Assembly (NCBI RefSeq): GCF_016432865.1 | Contig: NC_067403.1 | Coordinates: forward strand, 134,168,001 to 134,232,000 | DNA from: Antechinus flavipes | Lineage: Eukaryota | DNA length: 64,000 bases | Direction: 5' to 3' | Shown here: in pieces, positions 12,218 to 24,100 of the stretch | How the letters are laid out: each line of letters begins with the position of its first letter | How positions within the stretch are numbered: position 1 is the stretch's first letter | The notes under the pieces: model-generated | The model's input: the letters and a program-made list of their open reading frames with translations, nothing else | Told to the model about the DNA's origin: nothing | The model's database searches: none | Translations under genes and position numbers: made by a program

Positions 12218-15200
12218 CTATGATGTACCACCTCACACCTCTCAGACTGATTAAGAAGACAGGAAAAGGTAATGATGAATGTTGAAGGGGATGTAGGAAA
12301 ACTGGGACAAAATACATTGTTGGTGACGTTGTGAACTGATCCAATTATTTTGAAGAACAATTTGAAAATATGCCCAAAATACTATGAAACTTTGCATAAC
12401 CTTTGATCCAGCAATATCTCTACTGGATCTATTTCCCAAAAAGATCATAAAAGAGGATAAAGGACAAAATGTTTGCAAAATGTGCAAAATGTTTGTAGCA
12501 GTTCTTTTTGTGGCAGCAAAGAATTGGAAAATGAGTGGATGCCCATTAATTGGGGAATGGTTGAATAGATTATGGGAAATGAATGTACTAAAATAGAATT
12601 GTTCCATAAGAAATGATGAGCAGATTGATTCAGAAGTGATGCTGAATGAAAGAAGCAGAACCAGGAGAAAATTATACACAGTAACAAGTCTATGTGACTA
12701 TCAACTGTGAGGGACTTGGCTCTTCTCAATTCCAGTAGATTTGGGATGTAAAATGTCATTCACAATCAGAGAAAGAGAATTTTTGTGGATAAAAGCATAG
12801 TAGTTTCATCTTTTTTTAATCTTTGTTTGCTTTTTTTCTTTCTAATGCTTTTTTTTTCCCTTTTGGTGTGATTTGTCTTGCACAACATGACAAATACGGA
12901 AATGTTTTACCTACACCAGAATGCTTGCTATCTTAGGGAGAAGGGAAATAAGGAAGGAAGGAGAAAAATTTGGAACACCAACTCTTACAAAACCTCGCAC
13001 TCAAATTAGAAAAGCAGAAATAGTAAATGAATATTTTTCATACCAAAACATAAAAGATAAATAAAATTGTGGCATTCTCTCTATAATGCAGATATTTTAT
13101 GAACTATTTGGGTTTATTTACCATGATTGTGATTTCTCTTTGACTCATAAGAACAGAGAAAAGAAGAGAGGAGGAGAAAAGTTTTTCTGTGATAACTAGG
13201 CAAAAAGTAGACAAATGAAAGAAAAAAGAAAAAAAGGAGATCTAAAGAAAATGTGTGGGTGCTTGCATGTATATATGAGACTGCCTGAGGTAAAATTACT
13301 AAGTAATGAACAATGATTAAGAGAGAGAAGAGGAGGTGCAGGAACAGGACCAATGTGGAGTATTCTTAAGTGAAAAGAAAGGAAGTAGCTGGAAAAAGCT
13401 GTTGAATCAGACACTTCCTTAAGTCTAAATCTATGACAACTTAATTATAGTCCAAAGTTGGGGGGGAGGGGAGAATAGAAAAAATTAGACTATATGACTT
13501 TTGGGGAAATGGATAAATAATGTGTAGACTGGACAAGATATTTACAGAGTGAATATATAAGAATGAAAATTATTCATTTGAATAGTCTCCAGATCTAGAT
13601 CTAAATCTTCCCCTATTCATAGCAATATATGTTTCTTTTCTGAATCCATTCTCCCATACACATATTGCTTCATGCTTCTCTAAGGACTTAAAAAAAAAAA
13701 AAACCTAAACATGATTATTAACCTTTCTTTTTGCTCCAGGATGAACTTTATAAAATTTGGTGAAACTGTTGTACCTGATACAACTGTGCTTAAACCTCTG
13801 GCATACTGCCTATTTTTTATAGCCTGGAGTCATCCCTCTATCATGACTACTGACATCTGCATATTAAGAACAATTATTATTTCAAATACACTTAATAGGC
13901 TTGATTGTGCCCTTCAAATTTATTCATTAGCAGTATGCTCTACTAAATATGTCCCCTCTTGTATTTCTATATCCAGATAACTTTTTTAAACCCACGTAAA
14001 TTGGGGATGGAAAGGTACCATACAGGAAGGGCCTTCGAGCCTCAGCCTACAGCCTAGGATTTTGTTTTCTAGTCCAGCTGTCCTGAGATATTATTAATTT
14101 TCCCAGCTTTTCCTCCTTTCCATTCCTGGACCTAGAGATAGTTCTAAAAGCTCCAAGTTTCAGGATATTCCCCAGTGGCAATAACAATGAAAGGGAGAAA
14201 GCTGGGCATAATTTTTTCTGAATCCCTTTTATAAACAAAGAATTATTTTTCTTTCTGTAGGTAAATAGTTTTCCTTACATGCCATATTTTAGATCCATTC
14301 CCCACCCCCCAGGAAAATATAAAAATCTGGAAATAGAGGGAAATGTATTGAGAGGAAAAGAAACAAGAAAGAGGGAGGTGGATGGGGGATGATGATTTGG
14401 CAACTGGTCAAAAATGAAAGCAACTGACTTTTGCAAAGTCAGTTTAAATTATTTTCAATTTAAATACTCAAACAGTCATTTGGGAGCAATACATTGGGAA
14501 TAGTATTGGAGTTTAAAATATAGGAGTGGAAACACCATCAATCTACCTACATTCAAGATATCTGCTGCTGTTTTGCTTTATAATTATTACCTATAGAATT
14601 TCCTTATCTTTTGGGAGTTTGAAATGTTGCCAGATTTAGATCCAACAAGGCATAAAAACTATGCTTTTATAGACAAAATTAAACTCTTTCATCTTATCAT
14701 TTTCCCATATGTCATTCTTATATGTTTGGGCATATGACATATATTTAATATAATGATATGTTAGTGAAGATGATTTGTATGGTTTTAGTCCATTCACTTT
14801 ACTTCTGCGGACCTTAGTTTCCTCATCCATAAAATGAACATCTCAGTCTAAACAATTTCTATGTTTAGACTGGCAACTGGTCAAAAATGAAAGCAACTGA
14901 CCTTTACAAAGTTTTACTTTACAAAAGTTTAACTTTTGTTCTTTTTCCTTTTCTTCTTTCACATCTCTCTTCATTTCAACAAGAATTCACCAACCAATTA
15001 TTATCCCTATTTAATGATGTAAAAGAATAATTGCTTTAGGGAATTCTGATTTCCTTGCATATCTAAAAGCATGAGAGTTTCCTTGATATTCATATATTTA
15101 TAAAGAAACCTGTGGTGATATTTAAACAGCTCCTCCTTTTCCTGTTTGAAGATCTCAGTAGGTAAATTATCATCCAGACTACATACAACTCTAATTGTGG

Positions 15201-15226
15201 AAATATTTTAAAAGTTAGATCAATGT

Positions 15227-16493
15227 TGTTGAGGTAGGGAAGGGACCCCAAAATGTTGAGGGTCACAGACCATTGTTGTGAGGTGTCTCAAAAGAATTTG
15301 AACTCATATCCAAGTTAAAAGGCAAAGTTTATTATAATTGTAATGCCAACTGAAACGGACTAAAGTTCAGAAGATTTAGCAAAGGAACAAAAGTAAGGAG
15401 ATACATTTATCTAGTTACCCGTGTTATTGATATGCTAATTTTATGGCATAGTGGTAGAACCAAGGAGTAGTCTTAAGAATTTGTTTTTCACTGACCAACC
15501 AACAATAATGTGTGTAGGACTATTCTAAGGCCAAAAGACTTGAAATCATTGGCAGACAGATTTTCAGAATAGTTAGAGAGTCTCAGTGTCACTAATACAT
15601 CTTCCCACAAGTTTAAGGGAAGAAATATTATTATATTCCTAGGCCAGAAGATGTTTATAATCATTGATAGAACAATAGCATTCTTAGATCAGAGAGCCTC
15701 ATGATCACAGATTCTAAAGTCAGAAGATTTAAAATCACCAACAGATTGTTAGAACAGAAGCCTCCTAAGGTCAGGGGACCTTAAAATTATTGCTGTTTCC
15801 TCTAGAAGCTATATTACATCGTTGTCATATACTGGCATCTGTTAGATGTTTCATCAGCCCTATCCTGTTATATTGTTCCTTTGATAACAGATTTGCTCCC
15901 TTTTTTTGTCAGCAAATGCTAGATTCTCTTTCAATGATATCCGATTTTGTTCTTATTCCCTTGATTACAATTACCCAAGTAAGCTTGCTATGGCAGCATC
16001 AGTGGGACGTCTCCTTCTCCCTTCAGACTTTGTTTACTGCTACATCATCTGATTTATATGATGTAATAGGAACTGTGTTCCCTTGATCTTTGGAGGGGTA
16101 GACCTGGTTTGGAAGAACCCTGAATCTCAACCCCTCCAGGCCTTTGGGAGCATTCCTAGGGGAAACTCCCACAATAATCCCCACTTATAATTCATTTGGA
16201 GATTTTGGCCTGGAGCATAATTGCCATCCATTATTGACCTGGAAATTAGTCCCTCAATTCATCTGGAGATAGCTCTTTAGCCCTGGGTTATAGAAAGCTA
16301 AATAAAAATCAAGGATCTGTATCCCAACCTTTGCCAATTCCTAATCAGGAACTAGCCCACTGAGAGACGTCTCTATGAAATCCATTGCTGCCAAAGATCT
16401 CACTTGAAGATTGGGACTTCGAATTCTTTCACAAAACCTGCAACACTGGCCTGGGGACCCCCATTGCACTTAGGGTATCCTCACCCCTCAATA
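15227..16493 (-). mobile_element. Long LTR-like element (~1.27 kb)
   Basis: Inverted-repeat-like ends tgttgagg / cctcaata; minus-strand AATAAA near 15328; shares blocks with 18430-18760. No convincing TSD. Confidence 0.6.
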
Positions 16494-16699
16494 TATAGAT
16501 AGAAGCACTTTTGTATAAAAGATATTGACATCAAACTGAGACCTTGTATAGAAACTGAAATAGCAAATGAAATGAAGAAAATCAAATTTATCCTTATGGA
16601 TTCAATTCAGAAGCATTAAATGATCATCTACTCAATGCCTGGTGCTAGGGAAACAAAAATGAAAACTGAAGTTGTGTCTCCTTGAGAGAATTTATAGTC

Positions 16700-16895
16700 A
16701 AGTGTCATGGTTTAGAGCTGGAAGGGACCTTGGTATCTGCCTCTTCTACCCATATGCTTTTACAGTTGAAAAAACTGAAAGTGGGTGAGGTTATGACTTG
16801 CCCAAAAGGATGCAGCTAGTGAGTAGTAAAAGAATTTTTTAAACTCAGATCTCCTTAACTCTAAATCCAGTCCCCTACCCACTAATCCACACTGC
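16700..16895 (-). mobile_element. MIR3-type SINE
   Basis: tttagagctggaagggacc tail; ttatgacttgcccaa core, antisense. Confidence 0.7.
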
Positions 16896-17774
16896 TTTTC
16901 CTTAATCTACTAGAGAAAATATGACAAGTCTATAAATCATTATGATGCACTGCATAATAGGAGAAAGAAGAGGAAAGATTGAATTCAGTTTGATAGACAT
17001 CATTAAGTATCATGGGCTAAGCGTTTAAAATTTTTAAATAATATAATCACCCCCTGCTCTCAGTAAGATTACCGTCTACTGAGGGAGCTATAGAATATAC
17101 ATAGATAAATACTATGCTGGATTAGGACTATTAGAGACAAAGGAAAAATACCAGCTACAAAGTACTTTTAGGCAGATTTGAGGATGGAGAGAAAGTTTTT
17201 GGCTAGGGAGAATCAGGGAAAATTTCCTTGAAGAAGGTGGCACCTGAGTTGGGCCTTAGGAGATTAGAAAGCTTTCATCAATGAGAGAAATGATAATTAA
17301 ATAACCAAACATTGGAGAGATCCAGGATTTTTTCTCTTCCTCATTTGGAGATTTGGTCAAAATTTAGTTCTTTAAAAGACAGGGTAGAAGATGAGATGAA
17401 GTCTTGGAATGATTACCCTACCCAAATTAGAGAACCTTTCAAAGAATTTAATCGAAGCTGAATTCCATACCATTTGTGTTCCACGTAGCCAGTTCTGTGC
17501 AGAGGTAGATCCTTTGTCTAGATTGCCTGAGGTTGGGAATGGTCTCGGAAGGAAGAGGCATCAGTCATGGTCTAGCTCCTTATTAGAATAGGTCCACTTT
17601 TCATTATAATTTCATTCTTTTCATGTGGAAGATGATCAGAAGAATGATGAGGTAATTGCAAATGGTGCCATATGAGTGTCAGGTGAAAAAAAGGATGGAA
17701 AATCTAAAGTAAAATATGTCCTGGGTGGTGGAATTAGATCATGCATTATCTTGGAATTAGATTATCTTGGAATC

Positions 17775-17975
17775 AATAGGGTGTAAATAGAATTCAAGGG
17801 GTCCCTGAAATTGAGTGAGAAAAAATACATCTTTATTTCAGTATTCTTGGTTTATTTTGTTATTTTCTTTATTTCATTCATTTAAAAACTTTAGTCTGTG
17901 GAATCTTTAGGCTTCACCAACCTACTAAAGGGGTTAATGACATTTAAAAAAAAAAAAAAAAGACTAAGAATCCTG
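17775..17975 (-). mobile_element. hAT-Charlie/MER5-like non-autonomous DNA transposon (related pieces at ~25405-25510 minus and ~50556-50700 plus)
   Basis: Shared motif ggcag(t/c)ctggtgaagcc..ggaccccttctcagaat in degraded form; terminal aagaatcctg. Family name from memory. Confidence 0.5.
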
Positions 17976-18429
17976 TAAAGTACATGTAATATGGACTAGA
18001 GGAGAAAAAAGATACAAAATAGAAAGAAGTCAATAATAGTAGATGAGGTAAAAGATTATGTTCCTAAACCAAGGTAATGACAAGAAAAGAGGAATGGTGG
18101 TATGCTAATTACAATAACTTGATAATTACAGAACTTCATAATTGGAATTCTTGTATCGTTAATGCTCAGTGAGGAATCTTTTCTGCAGTATAACTTCCCA
18201 ATGGTCATTTGTTTCCTTAAGGACACCCTCCCCCCCATAGACCTTTCACTCCATTTTTGGGAAGCTCATGGTATCAGGAATTTTTTCCTGCCTTAGTTCA
18301 TCTGTTTATATTTTTCACCTATTTGCCCTGCAAATACTTGAAGATAAGTATCATGCCTTAAGTCTTCTCTTGACTTCAGAAGGTATTGAAACACTCAAAA
18401 TAAATATCAATATTCTAGATGGATTATTG

Positions 18430-18760
18430 CCATTAAGAAAAGCAGGTTGGAATTCTAAGGGAATTCAGCAGAGAAGCAAGGAGATATATTTATACAGCTT
18501 TCAATCATAGATATGCTAATTCTATGGCTGAGAAGGAGTAGTCTCTGAAGGAGTTGTTGACCAGATTATTACTAACAGTTTGATCTGTGGGAGTTTCCTG
18601 AGGCAAGAAGCTATATGATTAGGAAGTGGTCAGAATCAGACAGATTGGGCGTGGGAGTTGCCAGAGGCAGATTCCAAACCTAGAAGATTTAGACAGAAAC
18701 CCTGCTAAAATCAGAGAACCACAAAATCACATTGCATTGGGACTACCATCTCTCTAGTCC
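18430..18760 (-). mobile_element. Partial LTR related to 15227-16493
   Basis: Shared blocks aaggagata(c/t)atttat, gatatgctaatt(t/c)tatggc, aaggagtagtct, gattc(t/c)aaa..agaagattt. Confidence 0.55.
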
Positions 18761-18899
18761 TGGGTATTCCATCCCTCTTATATTTGTTTTTTGGCTGCCC
18801 TGCTATTGAATTGACTCATATTAAACTTATACAATACTTAATTAGTTAATACATTATTTAATTATTTAACCAACCTTTTATCTTTATTTGTGAAATAGT

Positions 18900-19450
18900 C
18901 TTTTTGAACCCATGTATGTGATTTTATATTTGTCACTATTAAATTTCATTTTATTAAATTTGACTCAGTGTTCTTATCGGTTGACTGGTGTCCATCTGAT
19001 CCAAGACACTAGCTGTACCTCTCTTACTTAATAATTTGTCTTCTATGACTTTATCGAAGTAATTGATAAAAATATTCAATATTCTGGGCCAAGCGCAGAT
19101 CTTGTAGAACTGCACTGGTAACCTCCCTCCATTTGATATCTATTGGTAGCTCTTCAAGTCCAGCCATTTAATCTATTTATAGACCTCCTCCTAATTATAA
19201 AGTTATATAGTACACTTACTGCCACATTTTCCACAATCATAGCATGATCTTTATCAGATGCTTTGTTAAAATCAAGGGAAATACTACCTGCATAGCAGAA
19301 GCACTTTTACGATTCTCAGTAAAAAGAAGGGATCTGATCTTTAAGGCAAAATATAATTTGATGGACTTTACGGAGTATTTAAAAATAAAAAGCAAGATTC
19401 TTAAGGCTTTTTGGTTATCCCAAAATGGCATGACTAGCATATTTTCTATT
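18900..19450 (-). mobile_element. L3/CR1 LINE RT-region remnant
   Basis: Antisense CR1-like text (tttatcagatgctttgttaaaatcaagg; aagtaattgataaaaatattcaatattctgggccaag). Confidence 0.65.
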
Positions 19451-19559
19451 TTTATACCATAAAGAGCCAATGTTTCTTTGAAACTTATAGTTAAGATTTT
19501 TGCTGTATTGAATGAAGTCACCATTCGTTAGAAATAGGAAGCTTTTTCAAGTTAATAAT

Positions 19560-19790
19560 TGTCAGCTAAGTGGCCCAGTAATGTTCTATTGAACATTGGA
19601 CATGCAGTCAGGAACCCTGAATGCAAATCCAGCTTCACACACTTACTGGTTGTGTAACTTTGGACAAGTAACAACCTCTTTCTTCCTCAGTTTCCTCAAC
19701 CATCAAATGGGATAATAATAATTGGGGGAGTCAAATGAGATATTTTTATAGTGATTTGCAGTCCTTAAAGTACTACATAAATGCTAACTA
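19560..19790 (+). mobile_element. MIR SINE
   Basis: cagctaagtggcccagt head; cctcagtttcctcaacc core; tail aaatgctaactatatta. Confidence 0.75.
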
Positions 19791-20070
19791 TATTATCTCA
19801 TAAACATCACTTGCAGTGAAAAGGATTAATATATGTACACACACATACACACACAGTCACACACCTGTATATATACATATTACTTTAAAGTCTTCATCAT
19901 GTCAAATTATATAACACACATACTTTCAACATTTTATTTCTATGCCATTTTCATAATTTGGGGAGCTCCAATTAGATGGGAATCTCTTTTCTAGGGCTAG
20001 GTAGAATTCGAAGATATATTTAATGCAGGGTTGTTATTATAATCAATAATATTTTCTGTTTTCATTTGAG

Positions 20071-20124
20071 GGTGAACCTGGCTTACCTGGAACAGTGGGG
20101 CAGAATGGAACACCTGGGCTTAAG
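20071..20124 (+). CDS. COL25A1: Collagen XXV exon E3 (54 nt) GEPGLPGTVGQNGTPGLK
   Basis: ttttctgttttcatttgAG acceptor (GAG), six Gly-X-Y triplets, donor GTtagt at 20125. Confidence 0.95.
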
Positions 20125-20369
20125 GTTAGTTAAGAAAAAAAAAATTCATGTGCATTTTCTGTACAATATAAAAATTTTCATAAAATATCATTATTCCCAT
20201 TTTTGATGTGCCTGATAGCTAAACTTGTGTTGCCTTCTTCGCCTATTAACACCATGACACACTAGATTTCTCTTTATACTATGTTAAAAAAACTATTGCT
20301 TATGACATTCTAATTAATATTCATGATGCTTTTTCCTGATTTAGCAAATAGGACATACTTAAATCTTCC

Positions 20370-20675
20370 CCCATCTCAACCTTTTTCTCCTTTTTTCAAC
20401 TTTATTAATATATTTTGCATTTCCAAAAAGGGAAAAAACAGTACAGCAAAATAAACTATACATCCACATCCATAGTCCCCACACTACAAAGAAGGGAAGG
20501 AAGTTTTCTCATCTCTTCTTCAAGGCCAAGCTTGGCCATTATAATTTCACAGCATTCAGTTTTGACTGTTTTGTTGTTTTCTTTCTCTTTATGTTGTAAT
20601 CATTTTTTCTTTATCTTGCTTGCTTTTTAACTTTAATAAATATTCCATAGGTTTTTCCCATGCTTTCCCATATTC
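20370..20675 (-). mobile_element. Old L1-like 3' remnant
   Basis: T-rich antisense 3'UTR-like sequence (ggaagttttctcatctcttctt...ggccattataatttcacagcattcagtttt). Confidence 0.45.
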
Positions 20676-20817
20676 NNNNNNNNNNNNNNNNNNNNNNNNN
20701 NNNNNNNNNNNNNNNNNNNNNNNNNNNNNNNNNNNNNNNNNNNNNNNNNNNNNNNNNNNNNNNNNNNNNNNNNNNNNNNNNNNNNNNNNNNNNNNNNNNN
20801 NNNNNNNNNNNNNNNNN
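20676..20817. other. Assembly gap (142 N)
   Basis: Run of N. Confidence 0.99.
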
Positions 20818-21058
20818 AAGTTCAGGGACTACTCATAGGCCTGATCTCCCTCTGATTATCACTAGAGTTCTGATCTGCTCTATTCCAACCCAGGGCAAGT
20901 GACTCCCCACTCTCAGAGCTTTGCCATATTGTTGCTAGATTTAGTGCAGACTTCCCATCTCTTTGGCCCACTGCAGTTCAGAATTTCCAAGCTCAAGAGG
21001 TTCACAATATTAGCTTCCCCAGTAGCAGGGGTTTCCATCATGGACCACCATGCCTGAT
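20818..21058 (-). pseudogene. 7SL (SRP) RNA-derived element, P7SL-like marsupial SINE or processed pseudogene
   Basis: The reverse complement follows 7SL colinearly: ggcatggtggtcc..cctgctactggggaagct; gaaattctgaactgcagtg; gtctgcactaaatctagcaacaatatgg; ctgggttggaatagagcagatcagaactc. It includes the S domain with a short internal deletion. Confidence 0.88.
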
Positions 21059-22022
21059 CTGTGTGACAAGGCTTACAGTGAAATTTTTTTTTTATCCTAT
21101 TACTCTAACACAATTTGTTTATTCTCTCAATCATTGGGTATCTACTTTGTTTTCATTTTATGTACATTCACAGAAAATTGGCAGAGATCATTGGCTATCA
21201 TTAGAAAACCCAGTTCCCAAAATGACTTTCATGGTTTCATTAGTGGAACATGAATACTTACATAACATAGTAAGGTTACAGGGCACTTTCCTCCAACCAT
21301 TATGAATTATGTGGTCTAGGTATCATTTTCTTCATTTTAGATAAGGAAATTAATTTCCCTCTCAGTAATTAAGTTTCAGAGCAAACATTCAAATCTAAGT
21401 CTTCTGCTGCAAAGTTTACTGTATTTTCTATTCTTCCATGATGACTTTCTGAAAATCATAGGCCATATTTATGTTGCCTGGGATTTTCTATTCTTTCAAA
21501 TGATTTCTACAGCTTCTGTTACTGCTCCTAGAAATTTACCTATTCAGTAATGCAACATTTCTACAGCAGTTTCAGATGTAGCTCCATTTAAAATGTTAAT
21601 ATAGATATGACTTAAATCGTTAAGAAATATCTTGAGAGGGTTTGCAGCTGTAGTTGTTATTGACTTCTGAAAAATTTCTCTTTGTTGAGAAATGAAATGT
21701 ATTAAGGACAATATAACTGACATTATAATTCAGACAAATTTCAAAAGATTTGTTTTAGTGAGCTTCCCTTTTTAAACAGCAGAATTCTGTCTAATTCCAT
21801 CAATTGTGTTTTTATGTATCTCTACCCACATATCTATCAGCGGATTTCACAGATCCCATCACCATTGACAGGTACCAAGGACAGACTTCAAGTTTTGAAA
21901 TGTTTCCTTTGCCCAGAAAGAGAGGCAAGTGAAATAGACTTTTGAGACCTCAGCTATCTGGTTCTCTTTCTCTATAGTAAAATGCCAAATGACTGGAATT
22001 TATGTTCATGGTGCTATTCTAG

Positions 22023-22037
22023 TGTTGCCTAGCAACC
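22023..22037 (+). promoter_or_regulatory. RFX X-box TGTTGCCTAGCAACC
   Basis: Perfect fit to the X-box consensus GTNRCC-N(0-3)-RGYAAC (GTTGCC T AGCAAC) in apparently non-repetitive intron DNA. Function untested. Confidence 0.5.
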
Positions 22038-23572
22038 ATCTTCATAGGCATTGAGTGATGATAATGGCCAGAAAAACTCGAAGCCAGAAGGTCACTGTTA
22101 GCTTCTAAGAATGAAAAGAGATTTCCCACTGAAACTAGGTTATGAGTTTGAAAAAGAACATGGAAGTCATCTTAAACTATCCTGTCAGCAAGAAGATCTG
22201 AGGGCACTGGAGACCTCTGCTCAAACTTTTGACAAAAGCAACTATTTCATAATGCATATAATTCATTCTAGGGCTTTTAAAAATCCTTTCTGTCCTTTTT
22301 CTGCAACGTTATATTGAAATTCTCTTTACCCCAGGAATTTCCCTGATTTTGTACTTTCTGAATAAAGAAGACTCATAAAATTTCTAGGTTCTTTCACATT
22401 CTAGTGGATACAGTAATATCCCAGCAAACATTGGATTCATAATTTACTGCTGTCGTTTGAGGTAGAGGGTACAGAGGATGTTATGGCATTGAGACTACTT
22501 CATTTGGCTCAAACCAAATCCACACTATTGAATCTTTTTCAGCTTTGGAAGTTAAGGGACAGGATAAAGACAAATGATTCAGGGGACCTTTGGTCCTGTG
22601 ATTGACAGGATCAATCAGAGATTTTCCTAATTCCAAGTCCAAGTGGCTTCTCACCACACCACATCATTTATCACAAAGATATGTTAAGTTATTCTTTTGA
22701 CAGTTTATTTCTTTGGTATTTTGATAACAATGAGATATAGCCCCATTGATTTCATTTATGTAACAGTATGCCTATGGTATTTCCTGCATGTGGGAACCTT
22801 ATTCTAAGAGAAATCTGAAGGTTGTACTAAGCAACTTTTTTTTAACAGCAATTTTAAACGAAACAAAAATTACCAGACTATTTACAAATGCTGCCATGGA
22901 ATCTAAGTTGTAATACCACCAATATCCATATGACAGTATATTGATTATGTAGTATCTTTCCTTAGTTTATAAAATACAGATGCAAAGAATCAAGATGATA
23001 TCTAGATTTGAATAGTCTGCCTAACATCAATGCTTGTTTTCCCCCCAGACAGCATCTATGTTGTCAATATCCTGCTTTAAGTCATTGAATAAAAGACTTT
23101 TTGGGCAGGGAAGAATAAAGCCAATCAATCATTTTACCTTACAAATTAGGAAACTGAGACTGCAAAATTGAAAATGTGACTAATAGTCACATAGTAAGTC
23201 AACATTTGATCTAGAATAAAAAGCCCATAACTCCTACCTTCTTCTCCAAAATCACACAGCCACTTTCTCTGATCAATATCTCATTTTGTAGAACAGAAAG
23301 TTTTTTAAAGCTCATCACCCTTAATAAGAAGTCAGATGTTCTTGTATTGATTTTGAACTTATTTTGCTCAAATTCTGGAGTCCCTTTATCCTAGTTTCTT
23401 AGAATTTAATAGATATTTTTTCATTTGTACCAACCACTTTATCATGAATACATTATCATGTGTAACCTCTCCATATTTTCCTTCATCTTATCAGGTACTT
23501 CCAACCAAACTCACTCGACAGTATCTAGTTGAACACATGAATAATGTATTTAACATCTTTTCTTTTTCTCAG

Positions 23573-23599
23573 GGTGATGCTGGAGAGCGAGGAGAAAAG
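23573..23599 (+). CDS. COL25A1: Collagen XXV exon E4 (27 nt) GDAGERGEK
   Basis: tcttttctttttctcAG acceptor, three Gly-X-Y triplets, donor GTaaga at 23600. Sits where a 9-aa exon is expected. Confidence 0.92.
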
Positions 23600-23639
23600 G
23601 TAAGATTGCATTTATCTCTTTCCCCTCCTAGAACTAAGA

Positions 23640-24100
23640 TTATTTTATGTGACAGACACTTTACCAATAGTATCTTATTTGATCCTCACAACAACACTTG
23701 GAGGTAAATACTGTTATCGTCACCATTTTACAGTTGAGTGATATTATTCTATTGTTTTAGTTATGTCCAATTCTTTGTGATCCCCTTTGGGGTTTTCTTA
23801 ACAAAAATATTAGAGTGATATGCCTTTTCCTTCTCCAGCTTATTTTACAGATGAGGGATATGAGGCAAATAGAATTAAGTGACTTGCCCAGGATTTCATA
23901 AAGTTAGCAGTTAGACTCGAACTGGGGAAGATGAATCTTTTTTGATCCAGGCCTGCTGGATCATCTGTATCATCTACCTGCCCATTATGTTAAGTAAATT
24001 GCCCAAGGTCACATAACTAGTACATATTTGAGGCCAGATTTAAACTCAGATTTTACTGACTCCATGCCTACTATTCTAATTATTGTATCACCAATCTTCT
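23640..24100 (-). mobile_element. MIR SINE with a nested MAR1 (~23740-23990)
   Basis: MIR tail (gatcctcacaacaacac), then MAR1 tail (ggggttttctt..cttttccttctccagct), then the MIR resumes (gcccaaggtcacataactag). Confidence 0.7.

Larger units (their letters stand above)
10430..12990 (+). mobile_element. Old L1 3' half of ORF2 + 3'UTR, split by a younger antisense insertion and a solo LTR
   Basis: ORF 12384..12596 encodes L1 ORF2 C-terminus (FDPAISLLDLFPK, CPLIGEWLNRLW); colinear L1 sequence lies on both sides of the inserts. Confidence 0.88.

Noticed and set aside
12153-12759. Cluster of ORFs up to 142 aa
   Set aside because: Sense and antisense readings of a decayed L1 ORF2 3' end.
17745-17773. 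attatcttggaat repeated with a 16-bp period
   Set aside because: Ordinary short slippage duplication beside a DNA transposon remnant.
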